NCBI GenBank assembly: GCA_964106645.2
Contig: OZ067047.1
Reading direction: 5' to 3' (one strand)
Origin: Podarcis pityusensis
Lineage: Eukaryota
Length of the DNA stretch: 64,000 bases
In this document: piece after piece, positions 27,799 through 42,700 of the stretch
How the letters are laid out: every line of letters begins with the position of its first letter
Numbering within the stretch: the first letter of the stretch is position 1
Made by a program: the position numbers and the translations under genes
The notes under the pieces: model-generated
Database searches by the model: none
The model's input: only the letters and a program-made list of their open reading frames with translations
Told to the model about the DNA's origin: nothing

Positions 27799-30700
27799 GT
27801 AAGCCCTTAATCAATTATTAGTAATTTTGATACTTTATCAAAATCCTTCCAATTTTCAGAAAAGACCAAGCCAACCATACCAGTGTTGTTAACTTTATTC
27901 CAGTTAGCTACATGTGTCATGTAGTGTTTTGAAACTTCAGAGAGTCAGGCTGCTCATCAGATCGGACACACAGAATCACAGACATCTTTTCACTTACTTT
28001 TCCCTAGCTCTCAGACAGAAAACTCAGTTAACACTACCATATTTACAAGAACAGAATATGTAAATCACTGGCTTGATCCGGATTTTTGAGTGGAAGGCCA
28101 TTTTTTCCCACCTTTTCCTCCCCATTGCAGTCCCCTTTGCCCCCCAAAGCTGCTCAGGAGGAACGGAGTATGGGAGATTGCAGTAGATGGGGGAATACAC
28201 AATGAAGAAGAAGCTTGAATGTGTCAGTGGTTGGATTCTTGCAGTTTCTTCCCTCCCACTGTGTTCTGTACTCCCTCCTGGGCCATTCTGAAGGTATCCC
28301 TAATCCTCACAAGCAGCTTTTTGGGATGGGTCGGAAAAGAAAGGGGAACAAAGGCCCCATAGTATGAGTAGCTTTTCTGCTTGCAGAAAGTCTGGGTCTG
28401 AGTAAAGATCTCTAGCAAGGCCATGACTGGTTTACAATGCCCCTAACTAATACATTAGGAATACTTTCCTGGTTGTCAATAAAAGAAGGCAATAAGAAGC
28501 TGTGCTGAAATAAGTGTGTTTAGAATTTATCACTTCAAAGGTTTGAGAAGAATTGGGGTTCACATGGTATATTCAGAGGAATTTTCCATCTGTTCCCCCC
28601 ACCCCTTCTAGAACAATAGTTATTCCCATGCTTGTGAAAAATGAATTTAATCCTACATACATATCTGAGTTACTTGGGCTATCCTGCATAATTTAGTTGC
28701 TTTTCCATGTTTCCATGTGTCCACAGTTTCCTTATGGTGATTTCTGGACTTTAGTAGCACAAAACTGGAGACAGAGTCTCATGAAGTGTTTTAGGATTGG
28801 CTAATCACAGAAGTGTTAGTGTGACTTTCCTGTCCCTTGTGTTCCATGGTTGTGTATGTTTGTAATGTTTTTACATATAGGAAGCTGTACCCCTACTGCT
28901 GGTGGGCCCTTCTCTGCTCTCACACCCAGCATATGGCCTCAGGAGATCTTGGCAAAATATGCCCAGGTACTACTATAAGACAAAGTGAAATAATAAATAT
29001 TGCACCTAATTTCTCTTTCATTGTTGAATAGTAAACAGTAGTGTCATTATGAATGTTTGTATGTGTCTTCAAGTACCCTTCTAGGCATTTGTGGCATTTA
29101 ATTGCTGGTTCAGCAGCTGCATTCATTCTAGCATGAATGGAGCTCTCAGGTAAATTGGCACTGCTGGCAAAATCTGATATAGAGCCTGACTCTAATAGTT
29201 TATTAGCTGGTAACCTAAACACAAATTATGTCTGATCTTGCATTATGTCTTACATTTGGGTAAAGAAGCCAGGGTATAAAATACTTCTGGGGGCTGTGTA
29301 TACCCTTTTAAAAAGACTGGGTAGTGGAAGCCACGCTCTTGAGACCTTGCCAGAGGTTTCACACATGAATAGTCTATAAATTTAATTAGAAGTGCATGTG
29401 CCTGGCACAACATATAAAATGAAAAATCAGCTGTGAAACATAGAGTCCATTGGGATAAAGGCTGCCAGTAAGGAACCCTTACACTGATAAAATAAATAGG
29501 CAGCTGCTTGCATGATAGGCACTGTTATATGTACAACTGCTTGGTGATGCTCAAAACTCGCATTCAAGGACAACAGGGTTAGGCTGACAAATGTTTTCTG
29601 GGGCCATCTGGATTAACAGCAATCCCCAGGTTGAATCAGGAATTCTGTGGTAGATCTTTACATCCAAAAGAAATTGGGACTGCTTTGGTACTAATCTTAG
29701 CATGTTAGAATTTGGAACAATATTGTGCTTAAGTGGTTTAAACAGTACATAATTTGAAGTATTAATTGTGTCTAGACTAGAAAAGTAGTTGTGACAAGCA
29801 TTGCTAAGGATGCACACACATGGAGAAGCATAAATGGGAGCAGTGTTTCCTGTGCATACAGTATATGTACACATAGAATAATATGTAGACTGAGCCAATG
29901 AGTGACCAAATCATCAGTCTGTAGGATTTTGATGCCCTTTAAATAATGAGAAGGGGTTAAGGTTGGGAGAAGCAAGGCAAAAAATCTCCAATGGAAATAT
30001 CTTCCCAACATGTTCTTCCTAGATTTACTGTGGAAGTTATTTATATAGGCTATAAGAGTACAGCACAAATGCATAGAGTGCTCCCAATTTTATTTTGGAT
30101 GCCTGCAGTGTGTAAAAGTGTTGTATCACCTAGTGGCAAAGAATGGAACGCAATTCTTTTCTTCGGTTTTCCAGAAAGAAGAATCTGTTGAACAGCCAGA
30201 GTTCCGGTATGATGAATTTGGTTTCCGGGTAGACAAAGAAGGCAAGGCCTTTTATTTCTGTGGTGTAACTTGTGACAAGATCTCCCTGGGGCTGTGCTTC
30301 AGAAGTCACTTATTCCCAGCAGTCCCTTTCCAACTCTTGATTCTGGTGGTGCTTTGCAAGCAGTTGACCTCTAAAGAAATTAACTTCAGGCTTTACTAAC
30401 ACGATAACATTCTTGGTAACATGTCATTTAGGAACAGTGCACATGTATATAAACAGCAGCTTTTCCTTCTTGAAAAGACATGGAGGTGACAACCAGGATA
30501 GGATCAGGGTGTTGCTTGTATGTATTTTAAAGCTGCAATCCATCTATGTGTTTGTCTGGGCTCAAGTTCTTGAAACCAGCGGAGTCTGAAACCCTGGACA
30601 GCTGCTGGAGGCCACCCAGCGTGACTGGGGAAGCACAGCTAGATGGGCGGGGTATAAATAATAAAATTATTATTATTATTTGTGTACATTGTTTTCAGAA

Positions 30701-33700
30701 GATTTAGTGGTATAGAAATCTATATGCAAATAATAAATATTAGGACAGCTAGCCACTTTAGGCATTTCATATGAGCCAGAATACAAATGTTCAAATGGAA
30801 AAGTAAACACCTTCATTTTCCTGTTTGAATTTCAACTGGCTGGTGCCCATATACCTCATAAGGGACTGTCAGAGTGGATTTTTCAACATCACCAATGGTG
30901 GTGGTCTGTGCATGCTTTGGGATCAGAATTGGAACTTAGTTATACAGTTGTCCAAGCATGCACAACTGAATTCTTGACTCTCTAGATTGTAAAGTCCAGC
31001 TTTTCAAGGAATTATTATTTTTCAGATGTAGAAGGCTACTTGCTACTTTCTTCCCCACACCTAAAGCTGGTGTTCTTTGCTACAGATGGTGCGGAGCCAA
31101 ACTCCAGCAAGCTCTTGGGGATCCCACTGGTTGAAGAGCCACAGCACAGGCTGAAATGGCAGGCCCACTTGGAATTCACACACAACCATGACGTGGGGGA
31201 CCTCACCTGGGACAAGATAGAAGTCACACTTCCACGTTCCGATAAGCTGCGATCATTGGTGTTGGCTGGCATTCCTCATAGCATGAGGCCACAGGTGAGG
31301 CATTCCTGGTTAATCATGAAGGGGAGGAGAGCTTGCTGGTGAGGTTTCCTGTCTTAATCATAAAACCTTTTCTTCCTTCATTTCACCCAGCTGTGGATGA
31401 GACTGTCAGGTGCTCTGCAGAAGAAGCGAAATTCAGAAATGTCATATCGGGAAATTGTGAAAAACAGCTCAAATGATGAAACCATTGCTGCCAAACAAGT
31501 GGGTACTTTGCCATGGGTTAGTTCTTGGGGCTCAAGAAAGGGCGCTCTATCAGGTGGGTGGAAGAAAGGAAAGATTAAGAGCAGCGATTGAGAGAAGGAG
31601 GGGGTTACCCACTCAGTTTCTCGGAGTTGGTAGTTCTCTTCTAGTGCTGAAAATGAGCTTAGAGGGATTGGCTCACAGTGTTCCTCCTGATATTGGCCAA
31701 GAAAGGATTTACTACCAAACATCACCTCCGTGGATTTAAAGTTTATGTAGAACAAAGAGGGGTGGGGGTGTTGCGCACTTGCTGCCATCATGCTAAAAGG
31801 AAAAGAATAAAATCTTCAATCATTAGAAGGTAGGAAGTTTTGAGGTCTAGGTACAGAACTTTGTAAGCATCTCTCTCAGCCAGCACAAATCTTCTTGCCA
31901 CTCAGCAGCAGCTAATTACCCTTTAGGCATAGAGTTTGCATAAAATATTATTCTGTTGATGCACTAACATGTTTTCATGAGGCGCTTTGCTCAGACTCTT
32001 GCTATTGGATATAAACACTGAACAAAATGTGAAGAAGTAGACTGGAGATCACTATACAAGGTTGTGTGTCTTAAGTTCCAAATAGCACCACTGAGTCCTA
32101 GCTTTTAATCCTCAGACTCTTAGGGCAGATCCACACCATACATTTAAAGTACTTCCAACACGCATTTAATGCACATGACTTTCCCCAAAGAATCCTGCGA
32201 AGTCCCCCTCATAGAGGCACAGTTTCCAGCATCCTTAACAAACTATAGTTCCCATGAATATTTGTGAAAAGCCATGTGTTTTAAACATGCATTAGATGTG
32301 CTTTAAATATATGAGGTACATCTACCCTTAGATTAATGAGTGATTCTCAGCCCATTAAGGGCAAACACCAACAACCTAATGAAGGAGACAGGACTTTGTA
32401 AAACTAGTAGGGAAGACGAAGCAACTTTATAAATAAAGCAAAATGGGAGATGCCATGTATAGCGCTGTGCGTGCCTCCTTCAGATCTCATACCTTTTGCA
32501 AGGTGCATAAAGTTGAGCCTTCCTTCCCCCCATTGTAACTAATCTGTCACCAGTCGTTGGAAGGTAAATATTTTTTTGCTTCAAGTAGGCAGGAAGAAAA
32601 AGAATCACAGAGTAGAGGCATCCAAGACAGCCTTTGGAACTGGGCAAGGCTTCTGAAGCAAAAGTCAACCCTTAAAGCAGGCTTTGGTAGCCTGGTACCA
32701 TCCAGATGTTTTGGACTGCAATTCCTATCATCTCTGGCCATTCTGTTGGGAGCCAAAGTCCAACAACATCAGGAGAGCACCAGGTTGAAGAAACCTGCTA
32801 ATAGGCCCTCTCACAATGGCACCATTGATACTGTTTGTGGCAGTCAGGGTCTCATCCAGGCTGCTTTAGTGGGGGGAAACTGCTAGAATGTGCATTGGCA
32901 CATAAAACCCAGTACTATTTGGTACATTTTTATCTTGAGTGTGCAGTAAGAGATGTGCTTCTTACTCACTCACTTTGAGCAGTTCACTTCCGGTTGCAGA
33001 TGAGGCATTATACGGAATGGATGGAAGTTTGCATGCTCTTTGTGAGGCTCCCATTCTGAGGTGAAATGGCAGCCTCGGACTACAGGCCTACTTTGTGGGG
33101 GTGCAAAGAATGTAAGGACAGCCCAGGGGACTAGAGAAAGAAAAAAGAAGATGGGGAGGATAATTGCTAACTGAGTCTAGAATGCTAATCTGTGATACTT
33201 GATTTCTGTTAGATTGAGAAAGATTTGCTCCGCACCATGCCCAGCAATGCCTGCTTTTCCAACATGAATAGTATTGGAGTGCCGCGGCTACGCAGAATTC
33301 TCCGGGGACTGGCATGGCTGTATCCCGAAATAGGCTATTGTCAAGGCACTGGCATGGTAAATAAACCTCTCCTATTGTGGTTATATGTGAGTTGTTATTG
33401 TTTCCCTTGGGACTCTGCTCACAAGCAGGTGAGAGGAATTCACAGGTACCTGTATAGGCAGCAACATACTTTTTTTTATCCAGTAGAAATAATAAAATAA
33501 GTTTACTGCAGAGGTGATGGCACCACTAAACATAATATATTACTCCTGCCAGGAGTAGGATGACCAGGGTGAGTTTTTGCTAACACCCAGCTGTAAGCCA
33601 TAAAGTAGCCTGTTTCAGGTATAGCCACTGTAACTTGGAGAACCTCCACATCCTCAGAAACAGCCACCAAGAATTGGAAGTAGGAGATTCCTACAGTCAT

Positions 33701-36700
33701 CTGTGCAGTTAGATGTCCTATATGTTTCAGCAGGGGCAATGTGCCATTTTCATCAACACCCCCCGCTTTGCCCATGTAATAGTCACTGCAGCTCAAAGTC
33801 TTTGTGATGGGGAGAAATGAAGGCCGTTTGAGTGGCAGGGCTCACCAAAGGCTCTTGAGCTACCTCTGACTAGCAAAGTTATTAGCACCATAGGTTAGAA
33901 TCAAGGTTACTTTATGAACTTAGGCTACATTGCTCCCTATTCATAATTCTGTTTAGAATTTAGTTAAATCATATGTAAGCCAGCCTGCAGCACAAGCTCC
34001 CAACTTGGCTCACATTGAGAGAGTGGCCCAAAGTTATGCAATGGAAAACTGGCGGACAAGTCAGTCTACAGATACTAACCCTCTAGGAAGTGCAAGTAAG
34101 GGTGAACTGGAGGCGCTGTCACTCTGTACACCTGAGGACATCCATTCCAACAAGCTAGAAATATCAAAAGGAGCAGACTGCTCTAAGGAATTACCAGGCC
34201 CAAGGGTCATTTAATTCTGGGGATGCATCATTGCCCGCCTGACAAAAATGCTCTGGTTGTTTATGAGATGGAGAATTAAATCAAAAGCTGCATCCAATGA
34301 GGAAATGTAGTTACGAGTGACTTCAGTTATCCTCACGTAGATTGAATCAGCGTGTGTTCCCGTAACAACAAAAAAGTACAATTACTAGAAAGGCTAAATG
34401 ACTGTACCCTAGAGCTGACGGTCATGGAGATGGCCCTGCACTTAATTTTAAGTAGTATTCAGGGCCTCTTGTGACATCTAAGTGTCGTTAAACCGCACTA
34501 TAAAATTCAGCATATATATTCAGATGGACAATCGCCAAAAAAGTTTAGCACAGTCATGTTTGATTTCGTAGAGGAAACTTGGGGGCGGGGGAAATAAGAC
34601 TTCCTTCAGAAAATGGAAGTTTTGTATAAATGAGAACAAAATAAGCACAAACTTAGAAAAAGAAACGATAAGGGCAGCATTCCCTTCTGGTCAACCAGCC
34701 AGTAGTGGACAACCAACTGTGCAGAGCAATAAATGTGCGCTGTGCCTTGTGTGGTAAGCTACTTCCTAGACACACCCCTCTCTACCCAGGCAGGCAAGTA
34801 TCATAGTTCAAGGACACATTCCAACCAAGCAAAGCAGGGCTGGTAGGGATGTGGTCTGAGGATTGGAGGGCCACAGTTGGCCCTGAGCCCAAGGATCCTT
34901 CTCCCTCTTATAGAAGAACTTTGGCAATTAAACAGTATATTAATAGCTCAAATAAATAAGTTTTCCTGGAGTCACAGAGGTTTCCATTATCCCATTATTA
35001 TCCTTTTACTGAAACTATGAGGCTGCTTTGCATGCTCCTCATCATCTAATATCCTGTTCTCACCATGGCTAATTGCTTTCTATCCCTAAAAATCTGCTCC
35101 TGTGAGGGAGGCCACCAGTGGGCTGTTACAGATGCTTTTCAGTTTATCTCCATGTTTTCCTCTGCTGCTAGGTAGTCGCTTCCTTACTTCTTTTCTTGGA
35201 AGAGGAAGATGCCTTCTGGATGATGTGTGCTATCATTGAGGACCTGGTGCCGGCCTCCTACTTCAACACTACTCTGATGGGCGTCCAGACTGACCAGCGC
35301 GTCTTGCGGCATCTCATTGTGCAGTACTTGCCACAGCTGGACAAACTACTCCAGGAGCATGACATTGGTGAGAGCCTCCCTTGGGCAGCTGAAGGTTTTG
35401 AGCTTCAGGGTCCAACTCTCTTCTGTGAGCCACATTGTTAGCACACTGTGCATGTGGCTGCTAAGGGAATGTAGTAGTGCAAATGAGTCAAACATGCTTT
35501 TGAGCATGAGTCACTTTAGCTTGGTATTTGGGTTGAAATGGAAGGAAATATATGCTTGTGTGTACATAATCTCTTGTGCTATTTGAAAATTCTTGTTTTA
35601 AGCGGAAATATTCTCAGTGGCCTCATTTGCTTGTTATGGTAAGCTATAGTTAATGGTTTGCTGTGAATGTGCCTCTCTGGGCCACTTTTCCTGCATACTA
35701 GTAGCAAGCAAACCACAGTCCTTTGCTTAGTATGCTGTCTGAACTAGGACTGTAGGTTGTTTTGCCCCAAGCAAACCACAGTCTGTAGGCAAGTTTATTG
35801 TAGGCAAGCTTATCATTGTTTATTTGGCTCTGGCTTGACATAGTGAAAAGGACTGAGAAGGGAGCTATATTTGCCTGCACTGTTACAATCATAATGACAT
35901 GGGTAGATTATCTGGAATAGATGTGAGTCTTCTCTGTTTTATGTTGGAAGTGGAAAGTGATTCTATGGAGGGCAGGGGTAGGATGGATTCTTCCTCGTGT
36001 GGGTGACTGGTAAACTAGAATGATACACCTTCTTTACGGTCTCCATTCACAGAGCTCTCCTTGATCACCCTGCACTGGTTCCTCACATCATTTGCTAGTG
36101 TTGTGCATATCAAGCTGTTGCTACGAATTTGGGACCTCTTTTTCTACCAGGGCTCCATAGTTCTCTTCCAGGTCACACTGGGCATGCTCAGCATGAAGGT
36201 AAGCAACACTCCTCTGCTTTCCCCTCATGGAATGAGTTTTTATATACAGGGACTGCTCTCCCGATTCCCCACCCCCATCTTAGGTATTTGGGGAATCCTT
36301 TATGAGAGGCGGTCTGTGTGTGTAAGGAAAGAAAAACAAAAAATGCCATATATCATTCTTTTGAAATCTGGGTGTGCAGTAGCTCCTTTTGCCACCCGCT
36401 GTTGCCTTTGCTGCTTTTTTGTCTTCTGAATAATGCCAGCGAACTAGCATATAGACTGGGATTGTTGACAATGATCTGTTTCAAGAAACACTTTGAGAAA
36501 TAACCTCTGCTCTTCTGGTTCTGTGTTGGGCAAATTGATGTGTGGCTGAAATTCAGTGTAGCATTAAGGAATTCCTTTATAGGAAAATAATTGGGTGCAA
36601 AGGGAGATTAACGGAAGTATGCATTAATTGTTGTCCTGCATTCACCATGCAAACTTTCATCATGGGAATAGAGTTAGATGCAGATAATGGGGCTGTGAGA

Positions 36701-39700
36701 ATTGCAAGGGTATTCCAGAGCATAACACGCAGAATGCCTCGTTCCTGTTAATGCAGGAAGATGAGTTGATTCAGTCAGAGAACTCTGCCTCCATCTTCAA
36801 CACACTCTCGGACATCCCCTCTCAAATTGAAGATCCAGACGTGCTCCTGCAGGAAGCCATGCGTGTTGCTGGGTCCCTGACGGACGTGGCAGTGGAGACT
36901 CAGAGGTGCAAGCACCTGGCTTACCTCATTGCGGACCAAGGGCAGCTGCTCAATGCAGGGGCTTCTGTCAACTTATCAAAGGTGTGTTTCTAAAGCTCTT
37001 GGGAATCACAAGTTAAAAAATATTTCCTTTCTCAGGCTTGGCTTCTGTTGCCTTTGTTGTTCATAGGTAGTGGTAGTGATGTTGAGTCAGTCTTGGATGT
37101 ATTATTGAAGACGTGCTGCAAGACTTCCCATACTTCCTGCTATGTCCAGTATAGCTTTTCTGGTCACCCATACTTCTCTTTTTCTATCCCCCTTGGGCTG
37201 GCATGTTGTTTGAGGGAGAGGTTCTTGCTGTTGGCTTTTTGTATCTTTATTTTAGATCTTGTTATTTATGTGGAAATTGTTCCGTTTGGTTGCGTATTCT
37301 TTGATGTTTTATTTATTGTTTATGACTACTTTCATTATGTTGCAGTTATGTATTATTTTTGTGTTGTAAGCTGCCTTGAGCATGATTTGAACTGTGGGAA
37401 GGTGGCATACAAATAAAAATTTGTACGTATGTATGTATGTATGTATGTATGTATGTATGTTTGATGTACGTGACCCACAAGATCTGTTTTACCATACTGA
37501 ACATAATGTCACTATAGCGTTTTTACTATATTCTCTCTTTAATGAGTCTTGGTCTTCTGTCTCTCTCAGATTGTGCGACGCAGGACGCAGCGCAGGAAGT
37601 CTGGCATCACCTCTCTGCTTTTTGGTAAGGAGAAATGCATGAGCATATTATTCTTGCCCTGCACAGGTTGGAACAGTTGAAAGAGCAAACATGGTAAATG
37701 TAGAGGGCAAAACATAGTTGGTGTCTGCAAGATTGGCTGTGTGTTGGCACTTCACACTCAACCATATTTTATTTATTTATAGTGTACTGGGATGTGTAAT
37801 GGAATGAGCCAAATAAATCCTCAAGCTTCCTTCCACCCCACCCCGATGCAGAATAAGTGGCTGAGGGTGGGAAAAGGAGTACAGTGGTACCTCGGGTTAC
37901 ATACGCTTCAGGTTACATACGCTTCAGGTTACAGACTCTGCTAACCCAGAAATAGTGCTTCAGGTTAAGAACTTTGCTTCAGGATAAGAACAGAAATCGT
38001 GCTCTGGCAACAGCAGGAGGCCCCATTAGCTAAAGTGGTGCTTCAGGTTAAGAACAGTTTCAGGTTAAGAACGGACCTCCGGAACGAATTAAGTACTTAA
38101 CCCGAGGTACCACTGTACATGAGTCAGAGGCACATTCAGGTTCATTCCAGCTTGTGCACATTGCGCAAAATTATGATTTAGTGCAAACGTGGCCATAGAT
38201 TGTCCTTGCACTATTGTACACTGTACTAAGCACTCTGCTTGCCTTCAGGGTAAGTAAAGAGACACTTCTGTCTGCTGCCTAGATTCATCTTTTTAAAAAT
38301 TAACCTCTTGGGAGTCATGTACAAGCTGTTTATTCTGCTGTACGCAGGAGTGTTCCTCTTCAATGGCTGTGATGGAACCCCAGGTGAAGCCTGTGCTCTT
38401 TGTCCTCTTTAAAGGTCCAGAGAAAGAAAGTAATATGAGACACACAAGTAGTATTTACGAGTAGAGAACTGCCCTCCTTACTTATTGATCACTTCTGAAA
38501 GGCTGCACTACTTTTGAGACTATTCACTAATAAAGGTCTGTCCCTGGGCAATCCGCTCTGCAGAAACAAACCTGTTTTTTAATCTGTGTAACTGCCATGG
38601 GGTTTATAGGCCTTTAAGTCCCTCACTGAAGTTGCTTTGTAGGGAGCTCAGGGCGGTTAACTTAGTTTTAAGTTTACACTGTAGGTGTGCCCTTATTTTA
38701 TTCTAGCTTAAGCACACTCTTAGGTTTTTTTATGTAGCTTTTGCGGAGGCCTGAGAAACTGAACCAGGCTTCAGTCTCTTTTCTGCCAAGAGGCTGGTTA
38801 TAAAACATATTTATGGGGCTTTGAGATGGGGCATAAGGCACATCTCCAGTTTTTCTCATTTCATGTATTCATGTGGAACACTGATTGGATTTTTTTAAAA
38901 GAGCTGTTGTAATTAACATCAGTTCAGGAATAGAGCGGCACTAAAAAGTAAAAGGAAAAACACAATTGTTAGGAACTAGGTATGGGTGAAAATAAAGCAG
39001 CAAGTATTCCATTGCCCATAACTCCTTGAAACACCCTTATGTAGAATAGTGTGTAGAGTTCTGTTGCCCTATCTTAAAAGAAATATCCTGCAGAAAGGCA
39101 ACTAAAAGTATAAGACTTTAGGAAAAAATATGACTAGTGGAAGTGGATGTGATTGAGACATGAAATGATGGAAGAAATTCATCCTCTCTTGTTATACTAG
39201 AAGGGCAATGGCAATGGTCTTATTTGCTCCTTTGTTTAGACCAAGGATTTCTAACCTGTGGTAGCATGACCAGTGGCTAGGGAGTATGGGCGCTGTAGTC
39301 CAAACATCAGCATTGGCCACAGGTTGGCCAACTTTGGATTAGACAATTGAATAGAAGGGAAGTCTGTCTTTTTGCTATGAGAACAAAATGGAAACTCGGT
39401 GTATAGAAGCAGTATGTTTCCAAATAGCAGATGCTTCAGATGAAGAGGGGAAAACGAAGAGAATGATGATGATGGTTTACTTCTTATATCCCACGCATCT
39501 GACTGGGTTGCCGCCTTGCTCTGCTTGAGTGATTTCCTTATCCTTCCTTTGTTTCTGCCTTCCTTCCAGGGGAAGATGACATGGAGGCACTGAAGGCCAA
39601 GAACATTAAGCAGACGGAGCTGGTTGCAGAGTTGCGCGAGGCCATCCTGCAAGTGGCACGGCATTTTCAGTGTGTGGATCCCAAGAGCTGCAGCATAGTG

Positions 39701-42700
39701 AGTAGGGGATCTCCCACAAGAAAACCTATGCTTCCTGCTACTGAGATGGTTACCACTGTACCCAATTTACTGAAGGAGGGGCTTGTTGGGTGAGAACTTG
39801 CCTCATGAGGGAATATGGGAAGATACAAAACTGGAAGAATGTCCTCATCCCTTGTTAATCTCTGCCTTCTGCTTGGCATGAATTCAGATTACTCTTGTTT
39901 GTCCGCCAACCAGGATTTGACTCCTGATTACACCATGGAGAGCCACCAGCGGGACCATGAAAGCTATGTGGCTTGTTGTCGGAACCATCGGCGACGGGCC
40001 AAGGCATTGCTGGATTTTGAGCGCCATGATGATGATGAACTGGGCTTCCGTAAGAATGATATCATCACGGTACGATGGTCGGGACCAACAGAATGGTAGC
40101 ATCATGTAGGGGGGTGGAGAAATCAGACATTATATGAATAAGGAACAACAAACAGAGTGAAGTTTGGTTTTTTCTGCAGTATACACTAAAAATAATTGGG
40201 GGCAACTTCCACTACGTGGGTATCTCAGCTCAGATTCCATATTTGCTCCCATACATTGCTTGCTGTTCCTCTTTTTCCTCCGTATGATCAATTTCTCTCC
40301 TTTCAATTGCTGCAGATCATCTCTCAGAAGGATGAGCACTGTTGGGTGGGAGAACTGAATGGCCTGAGAGGTAAGTGCAAATGGGATTTGTGTGAGGGAG
40401 GAATCTTTGTCCACCCCCAAACAATAATGTTAAATCTATTGGGGGGGGGGCTACCTTCACAGCCTGTGCCACAAATACTGTTTGCTTATATACAGGCTGA
40501 TACCAAGACTAGATTGCTATCCTGATATTTCCCTGCTCTTTATAGGTTGGTTTCCTGCAAAGTTTGTGGAAGTTCTGGATGAACGGAGCAAAGAGGTAAC
40601 GTTTCCATATTAAATTTATGGTCCTGCTTCCTACCATTAGTGTCTACTGTTCTCTGGATCCTTGTAAAGGACATAGTGGGGAAGTAGATGCTGAGAAGCA
40701 GAGTTTCGGTCTGGGCGAGTGGGAATCACATGCTGCAAAAGTCCATACCTCTTAGTCACCCAATGACAATCTGGGTTACCTGAACACAAAACCATTAAAT
40801 ATAATCTCATTCTGTGCAAGATTTGTGCACTGTATGTTTCAGATTTGGGAAATATGAGATACCGTTATTCCCCTGCAAAGCCAATAATTTATATTTGGGA
40901 CGACTGAAGATAAAACCAGATTTGCCAGCAACCAGTTGGGAGGGGCAGTGAAAGGGATAGTCTAACAGCTTCATTCATATACTTGCTAGCCAGGTGATTG
41001 GAGGATCTTGGTAATGCCAACTGTGAGCTTATTAAACTATTTTGTCATATGGACTTTGCGGTTGCCTAGGCATCCTCCTATGAAATAGCGGGGTGGGCAT
41101 ATGAAACAGCATTCATAAATAGTATGGTAAATATTACAGTATCTACCATATGTGCCTTTCTGTTTGCTGTGGCTTCTCATCCATTAATGGAGTCTGTTCT
41201 CTTGTTCCTCTAAGTATTCCATTGCTGGAGATGACTCTGTCACTGAAGGTGTGACGGACTTGGTTCGAGGGACACTCTGCCCAGCCCTCAAAGCCATATT
41301 TGAACATGGGCTGAAGAGGCCATCTCTGCTGGGGGGGCCCTGCCACCCCTGGCTCTTCATTGAAGAGGTAAGAGAGGCACTTGGTGTCTGCAGGGTCTTT
41401 AGAAATAGTATGGCAAGTACATGACACCTCTGTGCATCTGGCAAGTACAGAGGCTTCTGGGAGAGTGTAGTAATTGCAGGCGGGGGGGACGGACCTGCTG
41501 GTCTGTCCCAATAAGAGACAGCTGTATCAATAACTGTGCTTGTGTGCTCTTCTGTATCTAGGCTGCTGGGCGAGAAGTGGAGCGTGACTTTGACTCTGTG
41601 TATTCTCGTCTTGTGCTCTGCAAGACCTACAGGTAAATGTTTCTCTCATCAGTCTAGTGAATTAGATGTTCCCTGTCCATCATGTACCCTTCCTGCTGAT
41701 ACTTATTTTTCTTGCAATGTTTTCACATATTACCTTGTCAAACAGATAAACAACTGTTTGACATTTAGAAGACCTAAGGCAGCCCTGTTCAGGGAAGTTC
41801 TCCACAGTTGATGTTTTATTGTGTTTTTATTATTTTGTTGGGAGCCACCCAGAGTGACTGAAGCAACCCAGTCAGATGGGTGGCATATAAATAATACAAT
41901 GGTGGTGGTAATAGGCCAGGTTATTGATGTAGGATGGGCTAGCCAGTGGCTGCTGCAGAGATTACTTGCCAAATGAGGCTTTCTTCAGAGGGCTACAAGC
42001 TTTTAGTGGTGTAGGCTCCTAGCCAAGTGACCTGTGTTGAAATTTGCAAGGACTACTGAGAATCTTCTTTGAAAGGAACTGTTGCTTCTATCCTGTGTGT
42101 GGCACTGGGTAGGGCAAACGTCTGACCCTCGCTTGTTTGGTATCAGCTGGATCTGTTAATTTACTGTTCTAGGTTGGATGAAGATGGGAAAGTGCTAACT
42201 CCAGAGGAGCTGCTTTATCGGGTAAGCTGTTCTAGTGTTTTAATTGGGTGTGGTGATGTCATGAAGGTGTCTTTATGACGGGCCAGTCTGTTTTCAGGGT
42301 CTAATGATGAGGACCTGTGCCAAGCCCAGAGGGCTGTGTCTTCCAGCAGGTGGCGATCTAGAGTCCTTTCACTCTCATTGCCTCTAAGGCCCAAATGCTT
42401 TGGGTAGAATACCTTTTGCATGCAGTTTGAGCTTTTTAGCTCCCAAGAGAGAAAGGCTGCTGAATAAGAATCCATATAACTCCCTTTCCCCCCTTTGCAG
42501 GCGGTGCAGTCTGTCAACATGTCCCATGATGCAGTACATGCCCAGATGGATGTGAAGCTTCGTTCTCTTATCTGCATTGGACTGAAGTGAGTCTTCCAGT
42601 TCTTTTTCATACAAGGCTGCTTTTGTTAGCAGAGAACAGGAGCCTAATGGGTGGCTTAGATTGGGCTTCATCAGCAGGGGCTGTGAGCTGGCAGCCAAAG

